DNA of 64,000 nt from the NCBI GenBank assembly GCA_012295275.1, contig CM022672.1:6572001-6636000 (forward strand). The letters run 5' to 3'. The notes beneath the pieces are model-generated. The model saw only the letters and a program-made list of their open reading frames with translations, did not search any database and was not told where the DNA came from. The position numbers were made by a program, and so were the translations under genes. Source of the DNA: Chrysomallon squamiferum. Lineage: Eukaryota; Animalia; Mollusca. This document shows, piece after piece, positions 15,386-29,028 of this stretch (the first letter of the stretch is position 1; each line of letters begins with the position of its first letter).

Positions 15386-16260
15386 CACACACACATACAT
15401 ACATTTTCAGGGAATTACAAATATAAATTTGTTAATTAATATATTTATATAATATTTTATTTTTATTATTTTTAACAGTAAATCTAACTTTCGTCTGTTT
15501 ATATACGTGACGTTATAAATGTTAACATTATGACATTTTGTTGCTTACTTTATGCTGAAAATTTTCATTGGTAAAATTGTTTGTTGGTATTCACGTCATT
15601 TAAGACTGCGTGTAAGTACAGACTTTTATATTTAAGAGTTTCGCAGAACTAGAATTAAAATCATATTTGAATTATATTTTCAATTATTATATTAAATTAT
15701 ATTATATTATATTATATTATATTAAATTATATCATATTATATTATATTATGTTTGTCTGTTGTTTCTTAATTTGATATTATTTATTTATTTCAGGGCTCA
15801 CAAACCACAGCTGTAAGTACAATGTTAATATATTTCAGTAATCAGTTAAGAAACACATAAATACATACATATATTACACCATTACAACATATATACACAT
15901 ACATACATATGCATACATACATGTATACATAAATATATATATTCATTCATACACATACAAATATACACAGGCATCCTTATTTTTAATATATATTTATCTT
16001 TTATACAATATTATTATCAGACAAATGTACTACTTGCTTATTTAAAAAAAAAAAAACTAATTTGTTTTTGTTATTTACGATGTAATTTTGAATGCTAGTT
16101 ATAATAAAGATAGGCACTTTTGCAGATACACTTGACGTAAGTAAAATGTTTCTTTCATGGTGTATTTTCAGGGAAATAGCAATACAACGGTATGTATATA
16201 ATGTCGTTTTTATTTAATATCATAAACATTATTAATTTTGAATAGCATATATATATATCT

Positions 16261-16305
<45 letters not shown>

Positions 16306-16365
16306 TATTTAACCTAAATTTGTCTTCTCGCTGCCTCTCTTTTCCTCCTTTGTTCTTCTTCTTCT

Positions 16366-16396
<31 letters not shown>

Positions 16397-16493
16397 TCTA
16401 TGTATTGATTTGTTTTCTTTTCTTCTGTTTTGCTTTGTTGTTTTTCTTCATCTTCTTTAATACATTTAAACAATCTCACCACTACTACTATAT

Positions 16494-16546
<53 letters not shown>

Positions 16547-16754
16547 ATAATAATAATAATAATAATAATAACAACAATAATAATAACATTAATAAAATTA
16601 GTAGCAGTAGTAAAAATAGAATAAAATTAAATGCCTATTTAATTGTTTTAATATTAATTTTAATATGTTTCAGGATGGCGCTAAAGAAGTTGTTTCATCG
16701 ACATTTCTGACAGTGACATCATGTCTTCTATTTTTATTTACCAAGTTTGGATAA
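11015..16754 (+). CDS. Micro-exon gene B; ~80 aa signal peptide + Thr/Asn-rich core + GPI-signal-like tail
   Basis: Exons 11015-11054 and 12739-12767 ([23 protein letters not shown]); micro-exons 13994-14008 NNNTT, 14322-14333 TVET, 14999-15010 ITTT, 15300-15317 IPQNIQ, 15795-15812 GSQTTA, 16172-16189 GNSNTT; terminal 16674-16754 [26 protein letters not shown]. All sites canonical and in frame. Confidence 0.85.
14578..14750 (+). mobile_element. Second, internally deleted copy of the SINE-like element, intronic in gene B
   Basis: Shares TGCGGGCGAATGGGT...GTTCGAGTCTCGTCAGCGGCATCTGACGGGTTTGTGAGGTCGTGATTG with 7150-7360. Confidence 0.6.
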
Positions 16755-17547
16755 ATGGACGCAATAGTTTTAGCAGAAATAAAATTAAAAAAATGAAGCT
16801 GAAAAATCTTCAGCCGATGTTGTTTCAATTCTGACTGAACATTACACTGACTGTGACGTCATAGTGTTATGTTTAAAACAAAAAATGAAGATGAAACTGT
16901 CATTTTAGTGTTATATTTAATCACTTCTACGCACTTTAATCACAAATAGAGTTGTAATCGTTTTTTATATTACATTTATGAGAAAAAAAAATTAATAATA
17001 ATAAAATAAAAATATCTATCTGCAACCAATTGTATTTGTATGACTGTGGGCATGTATACATTGTTTTACATATGTTTAATTACCAAAATTTAATTACTCA
17101 TCCATCCATCCATCAAGTCATCAATCAACACACACATACACACACACATACACAAAAATAATACATCCTAAACGTACGTAATTGGATAAAAAAATATTTT
17201 AACACAAATACTTATTGGTTTTGCTACTTTTGTTTATTGTTTTGTTTGTGGGTTATTATTATTATTATTATTTTTTTTTTTTTTTTTTGTTTTTTTATTT
17301 GTTGGTGTTGTTGATGTTGTTGCTGTTTGTTTCTCGGTTTTTTCCTCTATTAGTTCTTCGCAAACAGAGTTATCTGCCCAATGGAATAATGTAGCGTCTG
17401 TCCCAAAATTAGTGGAGGTTTCTGGTTCATTACTGTAGTAACTGAATTACTGAAGGTGCAGCCTCTAGATCACCTATCTGATTAATATCGCATAGTTTTC
17501 AGATTGTTTAACAAACACAAACAAAACTTCAAACAAAAATATTTAAA

Positions 17548-17997
17548 CAGTTTGAAAATCATTTATCCGAAATGATTCGGACTGACAGTGTTTCGGAATA
17601 AAAGGAGATAGCCCGAGATATAGGATCAAAGTCTAGACACGAATTCCATTTATGTTTCATATACAGCTATTACAAATAATCGATGGATTTTTTTGTATAA
17701 CATATTTAATAAAACAACGTTAGTGCATGCAAAACAATCCGAAAACTATTAAACATCACTATTTCTATTGCTCGGAAAATGTTTCAGATTTCGGAGCTTT
17801 TCGGAGCTTTTCGGATAAGAGGTCCTTGACCTGTGTAAACATATCTGCAGACTAGGTGTAAAAGCTGGATATGGAAAATAAACAGACTTTGATTTTATAT
17901 TCGGGTTCTCTGCTAATATTACAAAATCAGAAAAAAATTCACAAGTACAAAGCATTTCAAGTCCCAAGGATTTCAGATAAGGTATCCTCATCGTGTA
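17548..17997. mobile_element. Tigger4/MER46-like MITE remnants (copies at ~29983-30440 and ~39132-39592)
   Basis: Ends resemble CAGGTTGAG..TCCCTTATCCGAAATG TIRs, with internal TTTCGGA repeats; copied with each duplication unit. Confidence 0.6.
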
Positions 17998-18412
17998 CAG
18001 GAATGAATATTTATGCTGTTAAAATTCTTTCCAAGACTGAGTAATATAAAATCAGTATGTGTTGGCTGAACTGAGATAAGTAATACATATAATAAAGAAA
18101 AAAGTGTTCACTCGCCTTTTTATTCTTTATTAACTTTTAATTAATCGCTTTTCAGTACAATCCCAAACACACATACAACATACAGGTAGACATAAATATA
18201 AATATATATAATAAATAAAAATTTAACGTGAAGAAAAACGAAAAAATTAAAATAAATTAAAAACCAAGCGAAAACAGTTATAATGATGACGACAATAAAA
18301 TGATGATTATGACGATGATTATGATGATGATAATAATAATATGTATGTACGTATGTGTGTATATTTATATGTATGTATCTGAAAGCATAGATATAACGTT
18401 ATAACTTAAATA

Positions 18413-18920
18413 CAGTGGTACCTCGACTTACGAGTGCCACAACTTTCTGATCTTCTGCTTTGAGTTGCGAGCCAAAATCCATGTTACTAGCGAGCTTCAT
18501 ATACGCCTCCGCTATTTGGTGCAGCGAACAACATAACAACCGGCCAACATCCCGCGTCTTACTTGTTTGCTCCACGTGGTGACCTCGCCGCGGAAGCATC
18601 ACTGTTGTGTTGTGCTCGCGTTTTATGTAGTATTTTGCCAAATTTCTTTTTTCTGGCCATGGATCCTAAGAAAGTGAGTACAAAGGACAGTGCTGAGAAG
18701 AAGTAGCGGACGATGTCTATTGAATTAAAGTATGAAATCATAGAAAAACATGAGTGAAGTGTGCATGTAGTCGACTTGGCTAGGCAGTACGAGTTTTGTA
18801 CTTCTACCATATGTACCATACTGAAGCTGAAGGAGTCGTTAAAGGCGTTAAAATGATTTGTCTGATCTCCAAGATAAATACACTTTACAAAACCATTTTA
18901 TTTCTTTACAGTCTCTTTTA
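18413..18920 (+). mobile_element. Tigger-like element with pseudogenised transposase N-terminus (CENP-B/psq-type HTH)
   Basis: TA|CAGTGGTACCTCGACTTACGAG terminus; from 18659 reads MDPKKVSTKDSAEKK*RTMSIELKYEIIEKHE*SVHVVDLARQYEFCTSTICTILK; absent from units 2 and 3. Confidence 0.8.
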
Positions 18921-19523
18921 CTATTATTATCGTTATCAGTGTTGTTGTTGGTAGTTATCGCGGCAGCGTGCTGGTAATGGCGTTACCTTCCTGATGTATC
19001 AAACATGTCATTATTAATCTTCTCCGTAGTTTTTATCTCTCTGACACTCACAAAAATCCCTGGTAATCCGTAACAAATATTAATCATACGAGTACGTCAT
19101 TTTTCATCAAATTAAAATTGTCTTTCAGAACGAGGAATTTTTTCACTCTTATTACAAACATATAAACTTTATTTATAATAATACTGATTAGAGACTATAG
19201 TAAGAGACGTGAGTGAGTATTTGAAAAACGTATCACCTATGCTCAACGTTTGGCTAATTACAGAATGCCAAGATTTATTTCAGATAACAGTTCCCTTATA
19301 TATTAATATCAAAAGAACATTAATTTTTACTGAAAAGCTAACTTGATTGTTTCAGTCTTTTCATATCTGATTAGATTTATTTGACTTTATTTACTTTTAA
19401 TATCTCTCAGCTTAGTGCTTAAAAAATTCACTTCAAATTAAAGTGAAATTTAGTGGGTAGTTTATGTTATGCGGTTTTTCTTGACAAATTTTTGTTTTTG
19501 TTTTACTTAAACAAGGTATTAAA

Positions 19524-19625
19524 AGATAGCCAAATATGGTTAGAAGATCGAATATAAAAGGAGTCAGATAATTCAGATGTATCACTCCGTAAAACATTCG
19601 TTTCGTTGATTTGCTGTAAATCCAG
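19524..19625 (+). promoter_or_regulatory. Gene C promoter (GATA, CArG, TATA, Inr) and leader exon
   Basis: AGATAG; perfect CArG CCAAATATGG at 19530-19539; TATAAAAG at 19553; TCACT with A at 19584 (TATA at -31); CAG|GTAATT donor after 19625. Confidence 0.75.
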
Positions 19626-19964
19626 GTAATTTCTAATTCATTCATTTAAATAATTTCAGATATTTATTTGGATCTTTGTTTATGCTATATATATATAATC
19701 TACACCAATTTTAAGGTAAATTCAAATATTCTGTTCCATAGATAATGTCGAATATTTATTTATTTATTCATTTATTTATTTATTTATTATACTTCTGATT
19801 ATCTGTTTATTATTATTATTATTGTTGTTGTTGTTGTTCATTTATTTATTATACTTCTGTTTATTTATTTAATATTACGCATTTCTGTTTGGTTATCATA
19901 TTACTACCGAATGAAAATTCAAGAAAATAATTTTTATTGCAGATTTTCTACGTCATCTCTCAAA

Positions 19965-20185
19965 ATGCGTTACCTGATTGTTTTGTGCGTAATTTTTGCT
20001 GGTGAGTACCAAACATTTATTTTTTAACTTTGAACATACTGAAATATTCGTTTAGTTCAATAACTATAGATAACCAACAAGGAGATTTTGTTTGCAAAAA
20101 TGACGATGTTACTTATTAATGACAAATGATTTTCTACCAACAATTAGATAAAAATAAAAAAAATAAAATAACTTTACGGTTCGTG

Positions 20186-20256
<71 letters not shown>

Positions 20257-20591
20257 GTATAAAATATCTCTGTTTTGTATATACATCTGATATATCCATA
20301 ATCTTAGAAATCATCAGTTTTTTTGAATCGGCTCATTTTGAAATAGTACTGTAAAGCAATAATTACATTTTACGAAATATCATATTTCAGCGTTGCTGGT
20401 TGCTACTATCGATGCACAAAATGTAAGTTAATGAAGTATAATAATTTATGTGTATTGTAATCAATATACATTTATATGTTGTTAAAGTGTAACAGATTTC
20501 GACTGCTGAAAGTTTTACCCTTAACTCTAATGATCAAGGAGATGATTTCCAAACGAGGCCTAGAAACTGATTTCACCGTACCCCGAGTATT

Positions 20592-20660
<69 letters not shown>

Positions 20661-21140
20661 TTACCCTTTTCTTTTTTTTAACACATTGAGTCCATTCGTG
20701 GACTGTAAATTACTAAATAGTTTTAAAAGGTGGACGAAATACTAATGTTATGCGGTATATGAACATGTTTAAAATATATATTATCGACATAAAGCGGATT
20801 CAGATTAACGCTTTTCTAAACTGGTCGCACCAACTTTAGCGCGCCAGATACATTCGCTCCAATAAAATAATTATTTATTTAATAATACAGCCATATATAT
20901 AATGCGGGCCTATTTAGAAATAAATATATTTAGCGGTCAATGTTACAAAATAAATGTGAGACATGTGTCTCACGCGATTAGCCTGATTACACACTTTCAA
21001 GATTGCGCTGCGCATTTCTTACAATCCGTGAAACACGAGGCATTCTCGACATCGCGCAAGGCTAACAGATTATCATGTAATCTGAGAATGTTCTTGTTTA
21101 ATTAAAATTTTGAAACTTCCTATGATCATAGCTTATTAAC

Positions 21141-21189
<49 letters not shown>

Positions 21190-23028
21190 GATGGTGATGA
21201 TAATGATGATGATGACGACATATTAGTTTCTTATCACCTCTGTGAATTTATGTCACTGAAGTTGGGTATCAGTTACGATTACGTTATAACTGGCACCTTG
21301 TGATGCAAATCATAATTATTAATTTGGTAATAAGTAAGCATGTAGTTTCAGTAACTGTATTAAAACGAGTTTGTTCCTGGTATCATCTCTCATTTTCATC
21401 TACGTTAGAGAGTGACGGTTTCAAAAACATTTCTCTACATTAAATTTAATTTCCATATTTGCGGTGGTTTCCACCTGTTCTCATTTCAAACTGATAAAAA
21501 TAACAGAAATCAAGCAGATTAGAAATGATTCAGTTAAATGATACAATGCAACATTTATGGACCAGTGATAAAATATTTAATATATAGCAAAATGTATGTA
21601 TTTCTTCAAGCCAAAATAAATTGCAAAATGAATATTACTTTTGATGCCCTAAACTCACGTTAAACAATGAAAAAACATCAAAATAAAGATTTGCTGTTTC
21701 CTCTGTGTTCCTTCTATCCAACTCCTGTTGCATGTTTCACCAGTGGCAGAATGTAATTTGTAAATAAATTAAAAAGGAGAAACCGGAATTGGCAGATTTT
21801 TTCAAATGTATTTTGATATATAAAACTGATATATTAAAACATTAAATTTAATACTAATGACAAGTTTTGCATTCCACAGAACACTAGTCTAGATACTTTC
21901 AAAACTGGTAGTGAAGTGATGTTTACAGCTGTTCCCATAGTTTTTCGTTAGGCCTACGTCCAGAACGCCAAAACAAAGAGTGCTAAGTATAACACGCAGG
22001 AGAAGTCTTGCGCGTTATCGAGAATGCTGCGCGTTTTACCGATCGTAAGAAGGCGCAGCACAATCTTAAAATAGCACAGATCGGCAAATTGCGCAAAAAC
22101 ATTTATATACGCACAAGGTTTATTTTGAGTTTTAAGCAAAATATAGAATGGAACGTTTGACTTTTCTTCTTATTTTTTTTTCTTTTTTTTTTCTTTCATT
22201 AATTATCATTAGTTAATATTATTGCATAAACATGTAAGCTAAAAAGTGGACGAAATGCTAATTTGATGACATATGAACTGGTTTAAAATGTGTGTTTTTT
22301 TATCGACATAAAGCAGATTCGGATTAATGTTTTTCTAAACTCGACGCGCCAGATACATTCGCGACAATAAACTAATTATTTATTTAATAACACAGGCGTA
22401 CATACGTGTGTGTGTGTGTGTCCTTAGAAATAATCTATTTGGTTGCCAAAGTTACAAAATAAATGTGATACATGTTCCGCATGATTTGCCTAAATACGCT
22501 GCACATTTCTTACAACGCATGAAACACGTGGCATTCTCAACATCGCACAAGGCAAATGAATTATCACGTAATCTCAAAATGTTCTTGTTTTGTACGATAA
22601 AAATAATAGAAATTAAGTAGAATATAAATGATTCAATGAAAAGATAAAATGCAACTCAGTGTTAAAATATTTAATAAATAACAAAATGTTTATATTTCAT
22701 CTAGCCAAAATAAAGTGTAAAATCAATATTACTTTTGATTAACTCACATTAAGCAATGGAAACACAAAAATAAAGATTTGCTGTTTCTTCTGTGTTTCTT
22801 CTTACCAATTCCTTTTGCATGTTTCACCAGTGGCAGACATTTTTTAAAATTATTTTCAAACAATCTGACTTTCTTGTAACAAATCTGTGTTCTAGTTTTA
22901 AGCCAAATAATGGTTAGAGGGGTTGGGGTTTTTATTCATACATTGTCATTATTTAATATTATTGTATAAACATTTCAGAAAATATTTAACTTTTAATTTA
23001 TCATAGAAGGTTATGAAAAAACTAACTT

Positions 23029-23064
<36 letters not shown>

Positions 23065-23268
23065 TTTCTTGAAATTTAATTTTTTTTTTTTTTTTTTTTT
23101 TTTTTACAGAATGCTACGAACGCAACAAATTCTGTAAGTATAGATTGCATAAATGACGAAAACATTTCAGAAAATATATAATTTTTTAAAATAAAAATGG
23201 AGTAGGTAGCAAAGAAAATTCATCTTTTTTATTTTATATTTATTGTCAGTAACAATTTTAAATAATAA

Positions 23269-23315
<47 letters not shown>

Positions 23316-24172
23316 TAATGATAATAATAATACTGATAAACAATAATAATTTCAGAATATTACATTTTTATGCAAATATTTATACCAATCCAAGATTTCT
23401 AAAATGAATATGATAATTTTATAAGGTTATATGTTTCAGTATCTTAATAATATTTTCATTATCTTGTATGTTGCATATGGTAATTATATTTTGTCTGTGA
23501 ACACAATTTGAGAAAATAATTTATCATTATGGTTACAAATAAAATTATTACAAGCTGGAAGGAAAAAGTTATTTCAAAAATACTTTTGTAAAATTATTTA
23601 TAGAAGTCATTTTATTTAATTATTTTCAAACAATCAGACTTTCTTGTAACAAATCTGTGTTCTAGTTTTAAGCCAAATAATGGAAGTAGGAAAAAAAACA
23701 GAAATCAAGTAGAATAGAAATGATTCAATGATAAAATATTTAATAAATAACAAAATATTTGTATTTCTTCTTGCCAAAATAAAGTGTAAAACGAAAATTA
23801 CTATTGATGCCTTAAACTCACATTAAGCAATGAAAACATCAAAATAAAGATTTGCTGTTTCCTCTGTGTTCCTTCTATCCAATTCCTTTTGCATTTTTCA
23901 CTAGTTGCAGAATCTAATTTGTAAGTAATTTAAAAAGGAAAAAAAAGAATGGGCACTTTTTTATTTTTTTATTTGTGATGAATAAAACTGATGTATTGAA
24001 ACATTATTTTTAATACTAATGACAAGTTTGCATTCCATAGGGCTCTAGTCTAGAAACTTTCAAAACCGGTAGTGAAGTGATGTTTACAGCTGTTCCCGTG
24101 GTTTTTCTTAGACCTAGGTCTAATTTATTTATTTTTTTTATTATTATTTTATGTCACATTTTCTGTTATGTA

Positions 24173-24256
<84 letters not shown>

Positions 24257-24594
24257 ATTTTATTTTTATCTTAAAACTTTAAAAAAAAAATTTTTTTTAC
24301 AGCATACTAATAACACAGCAAATTCGGTAAGTATAGATTGTATAAATGATGACAACATTTCAGAAAATATTTAATATTAAATTATTTATAGCAGTCATTT
24401 TATTTAATTATTTTCAAACAATCAGACTTTCTTGTAACAAATCTGTGTTCTAGTTTTAAGCCAAATATTGGAAGTAGGGGTTGGGATTTTTTATATATAT
24501 ATATACATTATCATTATTTAATATTATTGTATAAACATTTCAGAAAATAATAAACTTTTAATTTATCATACAAGTTTATGAAAATAAGTTGTTA

Positions 24595-24625
<31 letters not shown>

Positions 24626-24662
24626 TTTACATTTTTGGTACATATGTATTATTGTTATTGTT

Positions 24663-24706
<44 letters not shown>

Positions 24707-25052
24707 TTCACATTACAGAGTTCAGGACAATCGGGAGGTTCTGTGAGTACTGATATTTCCTTTATAATAATTTATATTTCTCCGAATTAAGACACTTTTA
24801 TACATATTACTGCTTATTGGTTTTTGACTGCTGACAGTTTATTCCGTAAATCTAATAGTTTAGGAGTTGATTTGCAAAAGACGCCTGGAAAATAGATTTC
24901 ATAGTACCCAGAGCATTCAAGTCTGGTTTTTTGATAAATTATCATTAGTTAACATTCTTGCATAAACATTTCAGAAAATATTTAATTTTTAATTTATTGT
25001 AGAAAGTTATGAAGACTAAGTTGTTATTATTATTATTGTTATTGTTATTGTT

Positions 25053-25088
<36 letters not shown>

Positions 25089-27771
25089 TTCACATTACAG
25101 GGTACAGGAGGTGGGGGAGGTTCTGTGAGTACTGACATTTTCTTTATAATAATTTACATTTCTCCTAATTAATACTCATTTTTACATTATTACAGTATAT
25201 CAGTCTTCAACTGCTGAAAGTTTCTTCCGTAAATCTAATAGTTCAGGAGCTGATTTTCAAAAGAGGTCTGGAAAAAGGATTTCACAGTACCCCGAGCATT
25301 TAAGTCTTTTCTCGAGACTTCATTCTTTTTTTATTTTTAAAAACATTTTTTGTTCCACATATGGATACCGTTCCTGATCTGTAAATTATTAAATAATTTT
25401 AAAACGTGGACGAAATACTAATATAATGACTTAGAGGAACATTTCTTTCGATGGGTGAAACACGAGGCATTCTCGACCTCGCACAAGGATAATCAATTAG
25501 CACGTACACCCGTCCTAATCTGAAAATGTTCTTGTTTAAGAAATGTTTTGAAATTTCCTAGCTTAATAATAATAATATGATCACATATTACATTCTTATC
25601 TGCCTCTGTATTAAAACGAATTTGTTCCTGGTATCATTTCTCAATTTCCTCTACTTTATAATGTTAGATAGTGATTGTTTCAAATTCATTTGTTCTATGA
25701 TAAATTTAATTTCGATGTCTGCAGTGATTGCCACCTGTTCTGATTTCAAACTGAATACTGTAGGATAAAAAAACAAAACACAGAAATCAAGTAGAATAGA
25801 AATGATTCAGTGATAAAATATTTAATAAATAGCAAAAACATTTGCTGTTTCCTCTGTGTTCCTTCTATCCAATTCCTTTTGCATTTTTCACTAGTTGCAG
25901 AATGTAATTTGTAAGTAAATTAAAAAGGAAAAACGAGAATTGGGACTTTTTAATTTAATTTTTTTTATATGAAATGTATAAAACTGATGTATTGAAACAT
26001 TATTTTTAATACTAATGACAAGTTTGCATTCCATAAGGCTCTAGTCTAGATACTTTCAAAACCTGTAGTGAAGTGATGTTTACAGCTGTTCCCATGGTTT
26101 TTGGTTAGGCCTAGGTTTAGAACTCCAACGTTACATGCCAAATCTGCATCGCAATTCAGGAGTTGATTTGCAAAAGACGCCTGGAAAATAGATTTCATAG
26201 TACCCAGAACATTCAAGTCTGGTTTTTTGATAAATTATCATTAGTTAACATTCTTGCATAAACATTTCAGAAAATATTTAATTTTTAATTTATTGTAGAA
26301 AGTTATGAAGACTAAGTTGTTATTATTATTATTGTTATTGTTATTGTTATTATTTATTTATTTATTTATTCACATTACAGGGTACAGGAAATTCTGGAGG
26401 TTCTGTGAGTACTGATATTTCCTTTATAATAATTTATATTTCTCTTAATTAAGACACTTTTATACGTTATTACTATATATTAGGAGGTTCTGTGAGTACT
26501 GATATTTCCTTTATAATAATTTATATTTCTCTTAATTAAGACACTTTTATACGTTATTACTATATATTAGGAGGTTCTGTGAGTACTGATATTTCCTTTA
26601 TAATAATTTATATTTCTCCTAATTAAGACACTTTTATACGTTATTATTGTATATTGGTTTTTGACTGCTGAAAGTTTCTTCCATAAATCTAATAATTCAG
26701 GAGTTGATTTGCAAAAGACGCCTGGAAAATAGATTTCACAGTACCCAGAGCATTCAAGTCTTTTCTATGTCTTTCATTCTTTTCTTCTTTTTTTTTCCAC
26801 ATATGGGTACCGTTCCTGGTCTGTAAATTATTAAATAATTTTAAAAAGTAGACGAGCTGCTAATATCATGCCTTATAGGAACTGGGTTAAAAATGAGTTG
26901 TTTTGTGTATGTGTCTCCTTAGAAGTAATTATATTTGGTTGCTAAAGTTAAAAAATAAATGTGATATATAAGTTCCGGACGATTTGCCTGATTGCGCTTT
27001 CTTAAGATTGCGCATTTTGAAATTTCCTAGCCGGAGAGATGTTATCTTTTTAGCTTAGTAATAATAATATGATCACATATTACATTCTTATCTGCCTCTG
27101 TATTAAAACGAATTTGTTCCTGGTATTATTTCTCAATTTCCTCTACTTTAGAATGTTAGATAGTGATTGTTTCAAATTCATTTGTTCTATGATAAATTTA
27201 ATTTCGATGTCTGCAGTGATTGCCACCTGTTCTGATTTCAAACTGAATACTGTACGATAAAAAAAGAAAAAAAAAAGAAATCAAGTAGAATAGAAATGAT
27301 TCAGTGATAAAATATTTAATAAATAGCAAAAACATTTGCTGTTTCCTCTGTGTTTTATATTTCTTCTAGCCAAAATGAGGTGTAAAACGAAAATTAATTT
27401 TGATGCCTTAAACTCACATTAAGCAATGAAAACATCAAAATAAAGATTTGCTGTTTCCTCTGTGTTCCTTCTATCCAATTCCTTTTGCATTTTTCACTAG
27501 TTGCAGAATGTAATTTGTAAGTAAATTGAAAAGGAAAAACGAAAACTGGCACTTTTTTATTTCTTTTATTTGTGATGTATAAAACTGATGTATTGGAACA
27601 TTATTTTTAATACTAATGACAAATTCGCATTCCATAAGGCTCTAGTCTAGATACTTTCAAAACCTGTAGTGAAGTGATGTTTACAGCTGTTCCCATGGTT
27701 TTTGGTTAGGCCTAGGTTTAGAACTCCAACGTTACATGCCAAATCTGCATCGCAAGATAGCGCTGAAGGGG

Positions 27772-27826
<55 letters not shown>

Positions 27827-28003
27827 TGATTGATTAATTAATTAATTAATTAATTTATTTATTAATTTTGTTTTATTTACATGATAGGGTGGTAACAGTA
27901 AAGGACAACTTTTTAAGTACATATTGTATAAACATTTCAGAAAATATTTAAGGTGGCAATGTAAAATAGTTTTTTGTTATGATTATTATTATTTTATTTT
28001 ATT

Positions 28004-28034
<31 letters not shown>

Positions 28035-28447
28035 TTTTATTTTATTATTTATTTATTTATTTTTATTTAAATTTTTATTTTACAGGGTAGAGGATGGGTA
28101 GGAGGTTCTGTGAATACTGATATATTATCTTTTAAAATTACAAACAGAGAAAATATTTTTAAATAATTCACTATGATTTCTCTTATTCTGTCTTTTTTTT
28201 TTTTTTACACATATGCTTTTTAAAAACATATTCTGTTTTTAATTTGACTGATTTCTAATCATAAGTTTATTTTCATAAAATAAATATTTTAATTTTAACT
28301 GGCAATTTGTTACGTTAATATTTATTTCATTTTACTTTGTTTAATCTTAAATAAAATTAAAGTTAAAGAAATTAATTAAATTAAATTAAATCTTTACTTG
28401 TTCCTTGTTCATTTATTTGTTTGCTATTTTATTTATTTGTTTACTGT

Positions 28448-28479
<32 letters not shown>

Positions 28480-29028
28480 TATTTATTTCTTTATTTTCAA
28501 TTTACATAAAAGGGAATGCACTTGAGTACATTAATTTCTTTCTCTTTAGTTTTAACTTATGATTTATAATTTTACTTGCATTTGACAATTATTTCATTTT
28601 TTCATCTTTTATTTATTTATTTTATTACTATTATAATTTTTGATTTATAGAAAACTACCCACAAACCAATGAGTACTGATTTTTTTCTTTTAAAATTTCA
28701 AACTTCTAAGATATAATATTTCTTATTTCTTTAAATATATACATTTTATCATTTTCAAATTTTTATTAAATAAATATTATATTGTTATATCTTGATAATT
28801 AATGAACTGTCTCTCTCTGTCTATGTGTTTCATATTATATGGACACACACACACACAAACTCATACACACTCATAAACACACACACACAGATTTATTATC
28901 ATAAATATATTTCAGCAAAATTATATTTTATGAGATTATTTTAGAAAGGTGATGCTGCCATTCCACTCGTTTCGACATTTTTTACTTTGCTGAGCTGTCT
29001 GCCTGCTCTCTACGCCAGATTTAACTGA
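19965..29028 (+). CDS. Micro-exon gene C; ~98 aa N-glycan/Gly-Ser-rich putative GPI-anchored peptide
   Basis: Exons 19965-20001 and 20391-20422 (MRYLIVLCVIFAALLVATIDAQN); 24-nt micro-exons 23110-23133 NATNATNS, 24303-24326 HTNNTANS, 24719-24742 SSGQSGGS, 25101-25124 GTGGGGGS, 26381-26404 GTGNSGGS, 28086-28109 GRGWVGGS (weaker GTGAAT donor); terminal 28945-29028 KGDAAIPLVSTFFTLLSCLPALYARFN*. Confidence 0.85.
20800..22120. repeat. Intronic element with internal inverted repeat (probable old DNA transposon); copies in D (~32500-33750) and E (~41400-42540), fragments re-duplicated within C
   Basis: 20999-21060 is an imperfect reverse complement of 22007-22067; CpG-richer than the flanks. Confidence 0.55.
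26397..26650 (+). repeat. 87-bp tandem triplication containing a micro-exon 3' end and donor site
   Basis: GAGGTTCTGTGAGTACTGATATTTCC... starts at 26397, 26484 and 26571. Confidence 0.9.

Noticed and set aside
16126-16136. 11-nt AG/GTAAGT-flanked segment in gene B
   Set aside because: Off-frame and leaves only a 35-nt intron before the 16172 exon.
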